Shown here in pieces: positions 10,409 to 19,961 of a stretch of DNA of 64,000 nucleotides. Numbering within the stretch: the first letter of the stretch is position 1; each line of letters begins with the position of its first letter. Position numbers and translations under genes: made by a program. The stretch covers positions 4,725 through 68,724 of the forward strand of contig CAWGTN010000001.1 in assembly GCA_963825525.1 (NCBI GenBank). Direction: 5' to 3'. Source of the DNA: an uncultured Chloroflexia bacterium (GTDB lineage Bacteria > Chloroflexota > Limnocylindria > QHBO01). The notes under the pieces were generated by a model. That model did not search any database and had not been told where the DNA came from. It saw nothing but the letters and a program-made list of their open reading frames with translations.

Positions 10409-11128
10409 TCAAGGGGCGATCGCCAGACGCGGTCTCTTCCCGATGTTGGTTCGTTGGCGGTCCCCACGCTCGCGCCTGGGCTGGCGGGAGTCGTCACGGA
10501 CGAGTGCGGTGAGTGACGGGATGTCATCCCGCTCGAAGGCGTCCGTGTAGCGACCAAGCAGTGCCCGGTGCTCGGGACGCATCGGCTCGGGTGCGCCGCA
10601 TTCCTGCCGGGCGGCGAGCGTGACCCGGGCACGCTGGAGGGCGCTATTGACCGAGGCGACGCTCGTGCCGAGCAGCTCCGCCGCCTCGCTTGCTCGCCAA
10701 CGCAGCACCTCGCACATGAGGAGCACGGCGCGCTGGCGCGGCGGGAGGTGCTGGATGGCCACCATGAAGGCCTGGCGAACGGACTCCCGTGCGAGGACCG
10801 CCTCTGCAGGGTCGCCGCCCGATGACCATGGATGTGCATCGGGCGACCTCGGCTCGATCTGTGCCTCGGCATCCGTCGCAGTGCCGGGATCCATCGGCAC
10901 TGTCCGGCGCTGCGGATGGGCCAGCATGTCCAGGCAGACGTTTCTCGCGATGCGATACAGCCAGGTGCGCAGCGTGGCGCGGCCCTCGAATTGCTCGTGT
11001 GCGCGCCAAGCCCGCAGGAGCGTCTCCTGGACGGCATCCTCGGCCTCGAACCGGGAGCCCAGCACACGGTACGCGTAGCCGATCAGCTCTGCCCGGTACC
11101 GTTCCAGCGGAGCCTGGTGGATTGTCAT
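10409..11128 (-). CDS. ECF-family sigma factor (SigJ-like) with a C-terminal extension that may be truncated
   Basis: Region 2 (DAVQETLLRAWRAHEQF...TWLYRIARNVCLD) and region 4 (LPPRQRAVLLMCEVLRWRASEAAELLGTSVASVNSALQRARVTL). The tail ends in low-complexity SRQPRRERGDRQRTNIGKRPR. Confidence 0.8.
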   Translation of the reverse strand: MTIHQAPLERYRAELIGYAYRVLGSRFEAEDAVQETLLRAWRAHEQFEGRATLRTWLYRIARNVCLDMLAHPQRRTVPMDPGTATDAEAQIEPRSPDAHPWSSGGDPAEAVLARESVRQAFMVAIQHLPPRQRAVLLMCEVLRWRASEAAELLGTSVASVNSALQRARVTLAARQECGAPEPMRPEHRALLGRYTDAFERDDIPSLTALVRDDSRQPRRERGDRQRTNIGKRPRLAIAP

Positions 11129-11315
11129 GACGTGAGGGTGCATCGGGCGACGGACGGCGTGAAACACCGCCTGCCGATGGAGTCACAACGCCAGATGGTG
11201 AGTCCCCGGCCTCCACGGCCGATGACGTCGCGCGGCTAGACTTCATCGGACTCCGGAGGCCGGTTGCTGGCGTCCGAATGCACCTGAAGCAGGTCAATCC
11301 ACGTCTCCTTCGTCC

Positions 11316-12551
11316 ATGGATGTGTTGCAGCGTGACGTCAGCCGACGGCGGTTCCTCGGGATGGCCGGGTCCGCGGCCCTGGCGACGATCCTGGCTGCGT
11401 GTGGAGCCTCCGCCCGGAGCGCCGCTCCCTCCGCGACGCGTTCAGTGACGCCGAGCCGCAGCCCGGCGCCTCCGCCGACGGCACCGACTGCCTCGCCCAC
11501 GCCCTCACCCGCGGGGCTGAGCCTGCGCGATCAGGTCGCCCGGATGCTGCTCGTCGGATTCCGGGGCACGACGGCCGACGAGGCATCGGCCACGCTGGCC
11601 GACATCCGCGACCTGTCCCTGGGTGGCGTCCTGCTCTTTGACGTGGACGTGCCGACCCGCGCCCGCGTCCGGAACATCGTCTCGCCGACCCAGCTGCGCG
11701 AGCTCACCGCTGCACTGCACGATGCCGCGGGCGGTCGTGGGCTCATCGTCGCCGTCGACCAGGAGGGAGGGCGCGTTGCGCGTCTCGGTCCGGATCGCGG
11801 ATTCCCGGCGACGGTCAGCGCGGCCGGCCTGGGTGCCCGCGCGGACGTCGAATTCACCCGGGCCGCCGCCGTCGAGATGGCCGGGACCCTGGCTGACGCG
11901 GGCATCAACCTCAACCTGGCGCCGGTGGTGGATCTGAATCTCAACCCGGGCAACCCGATCATCGGCGCGCTCGACCGAAGCTTCGGTGCCGATCCGGAGC
12001 TCGTCGTCGCCCAGGCCGAGGCATTCATCAGCGGTCATCGCGATCTCGGGGTGCGAACGGCGCTCAAGCACTTCCCCGGTCACGGCAGTGCCACGGCCGA
12101 TACCCACCTGGGCGTGGTGGACGTCACCGGCTCGTGGCGAGAGGTCGAGCTCGATCCGTTCCGCCGGATCGTCGCCGACGGGCTGTGCGATGCCGTCCTC
12201 ACCGCCCACGTGTTCAACGCTCGATTGGACCCGGCGCATCCCGCAACCCTCTCCACGCCGATCATCACCGGGATCCTGCGTGACCAGGTCGGTTGGGATG
12301 GGGTGGTGATCAGCGACGATCTGCAGATGGGCGCCATCCGGCAGCAGTTCGGCTACGACGAGGCGGTGGCCCTGGCCATTGAGGCCGGCGTGGACCTCTT
12401 GACGATTGCCAACCAGCAGGTTTTCGAAGAGGGGATCGTGAGCCGGACCTTGGATCTGGTTGAAGAGATGGTGCGCTCCGGTCGCATCGGGGAGGATCGC
12501 ATTGCCGCCAGCGTGGAACGCCTGGATCGGTTCGTGAGCAGTCCTCAATGA
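11316..12551 (+). CDS. Glycoside hydrolase family 3 N-terminal-domain protein (NagZ / beta-hexosaminidase-like) with a Tat signal and lipobox
   Basis: RRRFLGMAG...LAAC signal. The KHFPGHG and DxxL catalytic-region motifs of the GH3 N-domain are present. Confidence 0.85.
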   Translation: MDVLQRDVSRRRFLGMAGSAALATILAACGASARSAAPSATRSVTPSRSPAPPPTAPTASPTPSPAGLSLRDQVARMLLVGFRGTTADEASATLADIRDLSLGGVLLFDVDVPTRARVRNIVSPTQLRELTAALHDAAGGRGLIVAVDQEGGRVARLGPDRGFPATVSAAGLGARADVEFTRAAAVEMAGTLADAGINLNLAPVVDLNLNPGNPIIGALDRSFGADPELVVAQAEAFISGHRDLGVRTALKHFPGHGSATADTHLGVVDVTGSWREVELDPFRRIVADGLCDAVLTAHVFNARLDPAHPATLSTPIITGILRDQVGWDGVVISDDLQMGAIRQQFGYDEAVALAIEAGVDLLTIANQQVFEEGIVSRTLDLVEEMVRSGRIGEDRIAASVERLDRFVSSPQ

Positions 12552-12657
12552 ACTCCATCGCCCGGGTGATCTGGGCGATGTTCCGGACCGATCCGATCCG
12601 GCCGCGAATGTCCTTCAGGCTCGGCATCTAGCTGGACTTCTCCATGCGCTGCGCTGC

Positions 12658-12836
12658 TGCTCGATAGTTCGCGGGATTCGCGCATGAGCACCGTTCGGCG
12701 TGCGATTTCCGCGATCAATCGAGCGTGTCGACGCTGGAACTGCACGCCGGCGGGCCACTCGTGCGGCCGGTCCATCGATAGATCGCGGGGATCGCACCTG
12801 AACAGCCGGTAATGTGAAATTCCCTCGATCTATCGT
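12658..12836. repeat. Intergenic module of four copies of a quasi-palindromic 14-16 bp motif (CTCGATAGtTCGCGGG-like), arranged as two inverted pairs about 48 bp apart. A homologous module lies at 62541-62711
   Basis: Motif copies are at 12658-12676, 12709-12725 (inverted), 12774-12790 and 12824-12835 (inverted). The second pair forms a perfect 10-bp stem, CGATAGATCG/CGATCTATCG. The sequence between the arms is also conserved against the second locus (CCGGT..GTGAA..TCCCTCGA). Confidence 0.6.
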
Positions 12837-13152
12837 CATGAGGCGCTCTTTCCACCCTTGTCGGCATCCGCGTCGGCATCGGCCTCGGGATCGGCGACAT
12901 CGGCATCGGCGTCAGGACGGCGACATCGGCGGCTGCGTCCTCGACGACCCGTCCAACGTTGGGACGGAGCCGCCGAAGATCTCCACCGGGAGGGGGCATG
13001 ACCATTGATGTTGTGGACAAGTTCGTGGACAGACCCCTTCCGAAATGCGATGGCCGCGGCCTACGATCCGCCCCGGTCCGTATCCTTGTCGTTCGGATCA
13101 ATCGCCCGGAATCATCCATCTCAATCAACTGAATCCTGGAGGGTGCCATCGC

Positions 13153-13497
13153 ATGACGCAGCGGCCGTCCGAGTCCGACGCTGCCGAACGGCGCGGGCCG
13201 CACGAGGAGCCACCACCTCCCGACGCGGTCTCATTCATTCGGTACTGCCATCACCGCCGCGGGGTGGGCTGGCCTGAGCTCTACGACGAGATGTGCGGTG
13301 TCGCCGCCCGTCGCGAGTTCCAGGGCTGGGACCACGCCGAGCTGGCGTCGCATGGCCTGACGTTCTCACTGTTCGAGATGCCGCGCCTTGCCTCGTGGGT
13401 GCGTGCCGTCCTGGAGGGCAGCGCCGAAGAGCGCGCGGTGAACGGCCATCGAGGAGCCACGACACCACGCCGACAGCCGCAGGGCGCGGTCGCCTAG
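13153..13497 (+). CDS. Conserved hypothetical protein of 114 aa
   Basis: A good ribosome-binding site (CTGGAGGG) precedes the start. The SFIRYCHHRRGVGWPELYDEMCG... composition is protein-like. No family assigned. Confidence 0.55.
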   Translation: MTQRPSESDAAERRGPHEEPPPPDAVSFIRYCHHRRGVGWPELYDEMCGVAARREFQGWDHAELASHGLTFSLFEMPRLASWVRAVLEGSAEERAVNGHRGATTPRRQPQGAVA

Positions 13498-13578
13498 CCC
13501 GCCCTGCGGCTGGATTCACCAGGAAAGCCCCGGTTCGCTTCGGCGAATCGGGGCTTTCTCCTATCCGAGGTTCGGCTG

Positions 13579-13878
13579 CTAGTAGGTGTGGCGGCGCGCC
13601 ATCTCACGCTCGATCATGCGCTCCATGACCATGTACTTCTCGATCCGGCGACGGAGCTCGTTCGCCTCAGGCGTGTAGAGGTGCACGAACTGCTGGAGCT
13701 CCAGGGACAGCTTGCGGCTGAACATCCGCGCGTGGTCGAGGTTGCGACGCAGCAGGACCTGGTCCATGCGTCGCAGGTGCTCCTCGTTGAGGAGGTCCTC
13801 GTCGCGCAGGAGCTCACGATCGGCGTCGAGCTGAGTGCGCTGGAGCTGGACGGGGGTGATGATCGAGTCGTCGGCCAT
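13579..13878 (-). CDS. Small helical hypothetical protein (99 aa), apparently co-transcribed with the response regulator
   Basis: Charged, coiled-coil-like sequence. It lies 12 nt downstream of the receiver gene on the same strand. Confidence 0.5.
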   Translation of the reverse strand: MADDSIITPVQLQRTQLDADRELLRDEDLLNEEHLRRMDQVLLRRNLDHARMFSRKLSLELQQFVHLYTPEANELRRRIEKYMVMERMIEREMARRHTY

Positions 13879-13890
13879 GACCGGGTCAGT

Positions 13891-14292
13891 CTACCGGCTG
13901 GCCGGGACGCCGATGAGGCCCTCGACCATGGACGTGAGCTCGTCGATCCCGAACGGCTTGGGGAGCACATGCACGTCGCCCACCGTGGCCAGCTCCTCCT
14001 CGCGATCCCGAAGGGCGGCGACATCGGCGGAGCAGATCACGATCGGGACCCTGGAGAGCTCGTCGTGAGCGCGGGAGAGGGTGACGATCTCCCAGCCCGA
14101 GGCGGCTCCCAGGATGAGATCCACGATGATCAGGTCCGGCTTCGAGTCCGCGATCTCCGCGATCGAGGTCTCTTCGCCGTTGTACAGCGACACCTCGTAC
14201 CCTGCGTCCTCGTCGAGGATGGCGGACATGAGCTCGAGGAATTCCGGGTTGTCGTTGACCACGCTGATTCGCGGTCGCGTCGCGCTGGGCAT
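13891..14292 (-). CDS. Single-domain response regulator (CheY-like receiver)
   Basis: Receiver motifs: a DD/E pair in ISVVNDNPEF, the phospho-acceptor in LIIVDLILG, a T/S in ICSAD, and a K in LPKPF. Confidence 0.85.
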   Translation of the reverse strand: MPSATRPRISVVNDNPEFLELMSAILDEDAGYEVSLYNGEETSIAEIADSKPDLIIVDLILGAASGWEIVTLSRAHDELSRVPIVICSADVAALRDREEELATVGDVHVLPKPFGIDELTSMVEGLIGVPASR

Positions 14293-14374
14293 GCTCAGGG
14301 TTTCCTCTGGCGCATCGGATATCGGCCTCAGAGGGCGCGAGTATAGTCCCGGCTCGATCGGTATGCTGATCGCG

Positions 14375-14450
14375 GGTCCCCGTAGCTCAGAGGACAGAGC
14401 AACCGCCTTCTAAGCGGTCGGTCGCAGGTTCGAATCCTGCCGGGGACGCC
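14375..14450 (+). tRNA. tRNA-Arg (anticodon TCT)
   Basis: The sequence GTCCCCG-TA-GCTC-AGAGGACA-GAGC-A-ACCGC-CTTCTAA-GCGGT-CGGTC-GCAGG-TTCGAAT-CCTGC-CGGGGAC-G-CCA folds as a cloverleaf with a 7-bp acceptor stem and a TCT anticodon. Confidence 0.9.
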
Positions 14451-14530
14451 ACGTACACGGTGCCGCCGATGCCTGGCGGCCCGGTCATCTCTCTGCCGAA
14501 TCCTCAAGGACCGGGCCAGCGCGATGCGCA

Positions 14531-15421
14531 TCAGATCCCCGCGATGGCGCGGGGTGCCATGCGTGGCCCGTAGCGCGGGGCACTGATGCGGCCGATCTCG
14601 AGCAGCCGCTGCACCCGCCCGCGCTGTCCCCGGTAGGGCTCGAGCAGCTCGAGCATGCGGGCATCGTCGGCCCGCTGCTCGCCGGCCAGGGCCCAGGCGA
14701 CCATGTTCGGGATGTGGAAGTCACCGACGCTGACCGCGTCCGGGTCGCCGAATGCCGTGCGCGCCACCTCGGCCGCCGTCCATGCGCCGATGCCCGGGAG
14801 CGAGATCAGGCGACGCGTCGCCAGCTGGACGTCATTCGCCCCCTCGAGCCATGCACCGCGGGCTGCGGCGCGCCGAACGACTTCGGCCCGGCGGCGCTCG
14901 AGTCCCAGGGGATGGAAGGCGTGATACGGGAGGCCTGCCAGCTGCTCGGCGCTCGGGGGCACCAACAGCTCGCCCGGGCCAGGGGCCGGATCGCCATGGG
15001 ACCGCAGGAGCGCGGCGTAGGCACGCAGGGCCTCGGTCGCGGTGACCTTCTGCTCGAATACGGACGGCACCAGGGCGTGGAGCACCCGGCCGCTCTTCGG
15101 CAGCCGCAGGCCGGGATGTCGCCGCTGGAGATCGCGCAGGATCGGGTGGTGGGCCACGAGGCGTTCGGGCTCATCCTCCTCGCCGACGAGGGCCGGTGAC
15201 TGCGCGAGCATCCAATCGGCCCCGTCGCCCCAGGCGTCGGCATCCAGCGTGGATCCATGCACCTCGAGACGAAGTGTGCCGGGGCCGCTTGGGGTCCGCG
15301 TGGCCCACAGCGCGACGCGAGGCGAAAGGCGAATCGTTCGGTCGCCAAGTCCGTGCCTCAATGGGCCGAGCGTCTCCGCCAGGTCTAGAGGCGCGCGCAG
15401 CCGGACTCGGCGCGCGTTCAC
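14531..15421 (-). CDS. alkA: DNA-3-methyladenine glycosylase II (AlkA / HhH-GPD family)
   Basis: HhH-GPD motif (ISLPGIGAWTAAEVARTAFGDPDAVSVGD) and an AlkA N-terminal-like domain. Its start overlaps the stop of the upstream acyltransferase. Confidence 0.8.
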   Translation of the reverse strand: MNARRVRLRAPLDLAETLGPLRHGLGDRTIRLSPRVALWATRTPSGPGTLRLEVHGSTLDADAWGDGADWMLAQSPALVGEEDEPERLVAHHPILRDLQRRHPGLRLPKSGRVLHALVPSVFEQKVTATEALRAYAALLRSHGDPAPGPGELLVPPSAEQLAGLPYHAFHPLGLERRRAEVVRRAAARGAWLEGANDVQLATRRLISLPGIGAWTAAEVARTAFGDPDAVSVGDFHIPNMVAWALAGEQRADDARMLELLEPYRGQRGRVQRLLEIGRISAPRYGPRMAPRAIAGI

Positions 15422-16359
15422 CGACGCATCGACAGGAGGATGGGGGAACCTCCCGCCTGCGACGCCTCCAGGTCAGCCCGGGTGCCGATGCCGCGGTAGC
15501 CCTCGGTGACGATGACCTGGGCCGAGACCTCGCCCAGGCTGGCGCCCGGGCCGGGGAGGAGGATGACGTCCGGCGCGTACTCGCGCAGCGCGACCCGCAG
15601 GCTGCCGGCGAAGTCATAGGTGATCGTGGGCTGCTCGCGGATCGTGTGCTGGCCAAGGGCCGCCGGGTCCGTTGACCATGGCGTGAACCGGACGCCGCGG
15701 CCGTCGACCAGGGTGACGTTCGGTGCTTCCCAGGTCAGGTCGGCCAGCCTGACCGATGCCTCGGCCGCCGATCGAGCGCGGAGCGGGGTGTGCCACGCCT
15801 GCTGGCCGGCGGCGCGGAGCGGGAATCGGCGGCTGCCCGACTGCACGGCCGGCAGCTCCCCGGCGATGGTCGACAGGACCGCCGACGTGGCGCTCAGGAT
15901 GGCGAAGCCGCCGAGATCGATGGACAGGTGGACCTCCTCGGCGTGTCGCGCCAGGACCGCCTCGAGAGCCGAGATGTTCGCGCTGTCAGGTCGCCAGTCG
16001 GCATCGGTCAGTGAGTAGACGAGCTGGCCGCCGGCATCCTCGTCGACGATCGGCTCCTCGGCGAGGAGTGCCATGGTCTGGACCAGGCGAAACGCATCGT
16101 CGAACGACAGGGCACCCGATGCAGCGAGCGCCGTGTACCACCCGCTGGAGCTGGCCACGACCACGACCACCTCGTGATCGTCGGCGATCCGCTCCGCGTC
16201 CAACAGGCTCCCCAGGAATGCGAGCGGGCCCGAATGTGCGGAGCGGAGGTGGACGGCCGGGTCGAACCGAGGCGCGGCGTCGAGCTCCGAGATGGTGGGC
16301 AGGTCGTAGTCGCGGCGCAGCTCATCGGCGCGGCGGACCCATGGATGATCGGGAGGCAT
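15418..16359 (-). CDS. Acyltransferase-domain protein (FabD / malonyl-CoA:ACP transacylase fold) with a non-canonical active-site motif
   Basis: AFLGSLL...VVVVASSSGWYTALAASGALSFDDAFRLV parallels the GHSLGEYSALVAAGVLSFEDALRLV region of FabD, but with ASSSGW in place of GHSLGE. The start is uncertain; the open frame extends to 16632. Confidence 0.6.
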   Translation of the reverse strand: MPPDHPWVRRADELRRDYDLPTISELDAAPRFDPAVHLRSAHSGPLAFLGSLLDAERIADDHEVVVVVASSSGWYTALAASGALSFDDAFRLVQTMALLAEEPIVDEDAGGQLVYSLTDADWRPDSANISALEAVLARHAEEVHLSIDLGGFAILSATSAVLSTIAGELPAVQSGSRRFPLRAAGQQAWHTPLRARSAAEASVRLADLTWEAPNVTLVDGRGVRFTPWSTDPAALGQHTIREQPTITYDFAGSLRVALREYAPDVILLPGPGASLGEVSAQVIVTEGYRGIGTRADLEASQAGGSPILLSMRR

Positions 16360-16418
16360 CGACCCGAGCGACGGTGGCCCGTAGGAGCCCCGTGATGGGA
16401 AGGCGACCGCAGCGCGGG

Positions 16419-18689
16419 TCACGATCGCGCCGCCGCGACGTGGCGCCGCCGGCCCACGGCCCGAACGGCGGAGGCCACGATCTGGTCGACGCCGACCAGC
16501 ACGGCCGATGTCGCGGGGCCGAGCGGCACGAACGAGTCGACCGCCCGGACCGAGTTGAGACGCCGCGTCGTGCGGGTCTCGGCGAGGTCGGCGATGATCG
16601 CATCGGCCACGCCGCCCCCGGTGGCCCGGCATTCGTCGACCACCACGACCGTGCCCACCTCGGCGGCCTGCGCGCGAATCGCCTCGATGGGGAGCGGGCT
16701 CAGCCAGCGGAGGTCCAGCACCCGGGCGCGGAGGTCGTGCTCCTCGGCCAGCCGTCGGGCGGCCTGCAGGCTCAATCGCAGGCCATTGGCGTAGCTGATC
16801 AGGAGGACATCGGCGTCCTCGTCCACCGACCCGTGGACGCCGATCTCACCGGGAACCAGCACCTCGGGCGGCGGGGGATAGTCGGACAGCCATCCACCGT
16901 CGCCGTCGGCGTGGAGATCCTTCTCGTGATAGAGCGCGATCGGCTCCAGGAAGATGACGACCCGCCCGTCCTCGATGGCCATCGCCACCGCACCGCGCAG
17001 CATGCGAGCCGCATCGTCGCCGCGTGACGGAGTGGCGATCACCAAGCCCGGAATGTCGCGCAGGGCGCCGATCGAGTTGTCGTTGTGGAAGTGCCCGCCG
17101 AACCCCTTCTGGTACGCCAGCCCCGCGACGCGCACAACCATGGGATTTCGGAACTGGCCGGAGCTGAAGAACTGGAGCGACGCCGCCTCGCCGCGAATCT
17201 GGTCCAGCGCGTTGTGGAGATAGGCGAGGTACTGGATCTCCGGGATCGGCAGCAGGCCGATATGGGCGGCACCCTGGGCGATTCCCAGGATGCTGGTCTC
17301 ATCGAGCAGGGTGTCGAACACGCGCGCCGCACCGAAGCGCTTCTGGAGGCCGTTCGTGATGTTGTACACGCCGCCCTTGCGCCCGATGTCCTGGCCGAAC
17401 AGGAACACCTCGGGCCGGCGCAGCATCTCGTCGGCGAGCGCCGCGTTCAGCTGACCCGCCAGGGTGCGGGACGTTGGCGCGGTGGCGGACTCCGGCAGCA
17501 CGCTGCCGAAGGCCGTGGCGCGCTCCTCCGGCGTGGCCAGGGGGACGGTCGCGCGCAAGGCGACGAGGGTCGGATTGCTGGGTGCGAGGGGTCCCGTCAC
17601 CTCCTCGGTGGTCTGGAGTCGCGGTCGCCGAACCGCCTCCTCCGCCACCGCAGCGACTCGGTCGCGTGTCTCCCGGACGAGGTCGCGCAGCATCTCCGGA
17701 TCCGCGGCTCCGGTCTCCACCAGGCGGCGGGCGTTGCGCAGGAGGGGGTCATCGGCCTCGATGGCCTCGATCTCGGGAAGTGATCGGTAGGTCGGCTCGG
17801 CGTCGCTGCCGGCGTGGCCCCACAGGCGGATCGTTCGGAGGTGAAGGAAGGCGGGGAGACGGCGTTCGCGGACGTGCCGGATTGCCGAGCCCACCGAATC
17901 CCAGATCTCATCCATCTCGCCGTCGGCACCGAAGTAGGTGAGATGCTCCTGCGATCCGAACGTGCTGGCGATCCAGCCGTCCGGAGTCGGCACACTGATC
18001 CCGGTCCCGTTGTCCTCGCAGATGAGCAACAACGGCATCGGCAGACCAAGGCGGACGGCATAGCGCGCCGTGTTGACCGCCGACAGGGCGGTGGCGTGAT
18101 TGGCGCTGGCGTCGCCGAACGAGCAGGCGACGATGGCATCGGCCGGCAGCCCGTTCGCCACGCCGAGCCGGTTGGCCCGGGCAAGGCTGAATGCCAGGCC
18201 CATGGCCTTCGGCAGGTGGCTGGCGATGGTGCTGGTCTGCGGCGGAACCCAGAGCGCGCGGCTTCCCCAGACCTTGTGCCGTCCCTGGCTGATCGGGTCG
18301 TCGCTGGACGCCACGATGCCGAGCAGCGCGTCGAGCATGGGCGTGCTGCCCGGCAGCTGTCGGGCCCGCGCCATCATGAAGCCGCCCGATCGGTAGTGGA
18401 GGAAGGCGGGGTCGTCGATCCGCAGCTGCGCCCCGACGATCGCGTTGTTCTCGTGACCGGCCGAGCCGATGGTGTAGAAGCTCCGGTTCGTCTTCTTCAG
18501 CTCACGCGCGATGACATCGAGCTGGCGGGAGGTCAGCTGGTCCTCGAACAGCGCCACCGCGGCCGCCGCCGTCAGCCCATCCTCTGCCGCCAGCGGGGCG
18601 TCGGGCGCCAGCCGACGCGTGGCCGGCTCGGCGGACTCGAGATAGGCGTCGAGCTGTCGCTCGACGATGGCGACGCGATCCCAGGTCAT
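16419..18689 (-). CDS. TPP-dependent 2-oxoacid dehydrogenase E1 component, fused alpha and beta subunits
   Basis: A 756-aa translation. The N-terminal half carries the TPP-binding alpha signature (GDASANHATALSAVNTA...GLPMPLLLICEDNGTGISV). The C-terminal half is the transketolase-like beta domain (RVFDTLLDETSILGIAQGAAHIG...IPGLVIATPS). Confidence 0.85.
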   Translation of the reverse strand: MTWDRVAIVERQLDAYLESAEPATRRLAPDAPLAAEDGLTAAAAVALFEDQLTSRQLDVIARELKKTNRSFYTIGSAGHENNAIVGAQLRIDDPAFLHYRSGGFMMARARQLPGSTPMLDALLGIVASSDDPISQGRHKVWGSRALWVPPQTSTIASHLPKAMGLAFSLARANRLGVANGLPADAIVACSFGDASANHATALSAVNTARYAVRLGLPMPLLLICEDNGTGISVPTPDGWIASTFGSQEHLTYFGADGEMDEIWDSVGSAIRHVRERRLPAFLHLRTIRLWGHAGSDAEPTYRSLPEIEAIEADDPLLRNARRLVETGAADPEMLRDLVRETRDRVAAVAEEAVRRPRLQTTEEVTGPLAPSNPTLVALRATVPLATPEERATAFGSVLPESATAPTSRTLAGQLNAALADEMLRRPEVFLFGQDIGRKGGVYNITNGLQKRFGAARVFDTLLDETSILGIAQGAAHIGLLPIPEIQYLAYLHNALDQIRGEAASLQFFSSGQFRNPMVVRVAGLAYQKGFGGHFHNDNSIGALRDIPGLVIATPSRGDDAARMLRGAVAMAIEDGRVVIFLEPIALYHEKDLHADGDGGWLSDYPPPPEVLVPGEIGVHGSVDEDADVLLISYANGLRLSLQAARRLAEEHDLRARVLDLRWLSPLPIEAIRAQAAEVGTVVVVDECRATGGGVADAIIADLAETRTTRRLNSVRAVDSFVPLGPATSAVLVGVDQIVASAVRAVGRRRHVAAARS

Positions 18690-18998
18690 GCGGCAGTTGG
18701 TGACTCGGTGGCAAGGGGGGCCGCGCCATTCTACCGTCGCCCGGGCTCATCGGCGAAGCGGGAAGTCTGCTCCTCCGGTGCAGGCAGCGGCGACCGTCAC
18801 GAGCGCCAGCTGGAGTGCCATCGCGACGAGCGGCGACCAGAACATGGGGTGTCGAACCAGGCGGAACACGGCGACCTCCTCGGGGGTGCGGCGCGCTCGC
18901 TCGACCGGTTGATGCGAGCAGGGGCGCCCACGGGCATGGGACGCCAGCGGCACTTACCGCGTCGTTACCACCGGCTTACCGGGCGGCCGGCACCCGGG

Positions 18999-19835
18999 TC
19001 AGCCTCCGACCGAGATCAGCACGATGCCGATCAGCGCCAGCGCCACGCCGGCCTGTCCAAGGCGCGGCAGCCGCTCCCCGAGGACGAAGCGGGCGAGAAT
19101 CATGGTCACGATCGGGTACATGCCCGAAAGGGCAGCCGCCAGGCCGATGGGGATGCCGTCGCGCGCGATGACGTAGAACGCGTTGCCCCCGACATCGAAC
19201 AGTCCCGCCGCGATCACGATCCGCCACGGGAACCGCGAGCGGTCGAAGCGACCAACGGCAAACGCCAGGGCCAGCCCAGCCGACATCGTTCGGCTGAAGA
19301 CGAGTGCCCACAGCGGATCACCGCCACGCGCGGCGAGATCCAGGAGCACGTACCAGGTCCCGAAGCCCACCGCGGCAACGCCGGCGAGGAGCAGGGCGCG
19401 ACGCCCAATCTCGGTGCGCGAGGCGGTCCCAGCGGCCGCTGCCGCCGCGGCGGCGCAGCCCACCCCGACCAGCTGCCAACCACCCACCGTCGATCCCGCC
19501 AGGGCACCCACGGTCAGTGGGATGGCCAGCGATCCGGCCCCGCTCAGTGAGGTCACGAGGCCCATCGAACCGAGCGACATGCCGCGGTACAGGGCAGCCA
19601 GGCCGATCGCACCAGCGATCCCGGCTGAGAGGCCGATCAGCGCCGGCCCGAGCTCCGGGACGGGCGGACGAACGACGAGGACGCCGATGAGCAGTGCGAC
19701 CAACCCGACGACGTGGGCGCCGGCCACCACGACCAGGGCGCCGGCGCGCCGTGCCGCGAAGGCACCGGCAAAGTCGCCGGCCCCGAACGACAGGGCCGAC
19801 AGGACGCCGGCGGAGATTCCCAGCGGGGGCATCAA
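18999..19835 (-). CDS. EamA / DMT-family transporter
   Basis: Ten predicted transmembrane segments with duplicated EamA-like halves. Confidence 0.7.
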   Translation of the reverse strand: MMPPLGISAGVLSALSFGAGDFAGAFAARRAGALVVVAGAHVVGLVALLIGVLVVRPPVPELGPALIGLSAGIAGAIGLAALYRGMSLGSMGLVTSLSGAGSLAIPLTVGALAGSTVGGWQLVGVGCAAAAAAAAGTASRTEIGRRALLLAGVAAVGFGTWYVLLDLAARGGDPLWALVFSRTMSAGLALAFAVGRFDRSRFPWRIVIAAGLFDVGGNAFYVIARDGIPIGLAAALSGMYPIVTMILARFVLGERLPRLGQAGVALALIGIVLISVGG

Positions 19836-19961
19836 TGGACCTCATGCGACCAGTTCGGGGCCGGCTGGACTCTAGCGGACCTTGACACTCGAGCGTTCCA
19901 AACTCGATAGTGCGCGCAGTCTCGAACTGCCCAGTCATTCGACGCCGTCCGAGCCGGCGCG

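Noticed and set aside
14451-14530. Looked for an integrase or genomic island next to tRNA-Arg.
   Set aside because: The flanking genes are a response regulator and AlkA. No integrase, direct repeat of the tRNA 3' end, or GC shift was seen.
18747-18953. A small minus-strand ORF of 68 aa in the E1/EamA intergenic region.
   Set aside because: It has no ribosome-binding site and only a weakly hydrophobic stretch, and the region probably holds promoters. Insufficient support.
17814-19550. A long plus-strand ORF of 578 aa.
   Set aside because: It is antisense to the well-supported E1 dehydrogenase and EamA genes. Its Arg/Gly-rich, low-complexity translation is typical of spurious ORFs in high-GC DNA.
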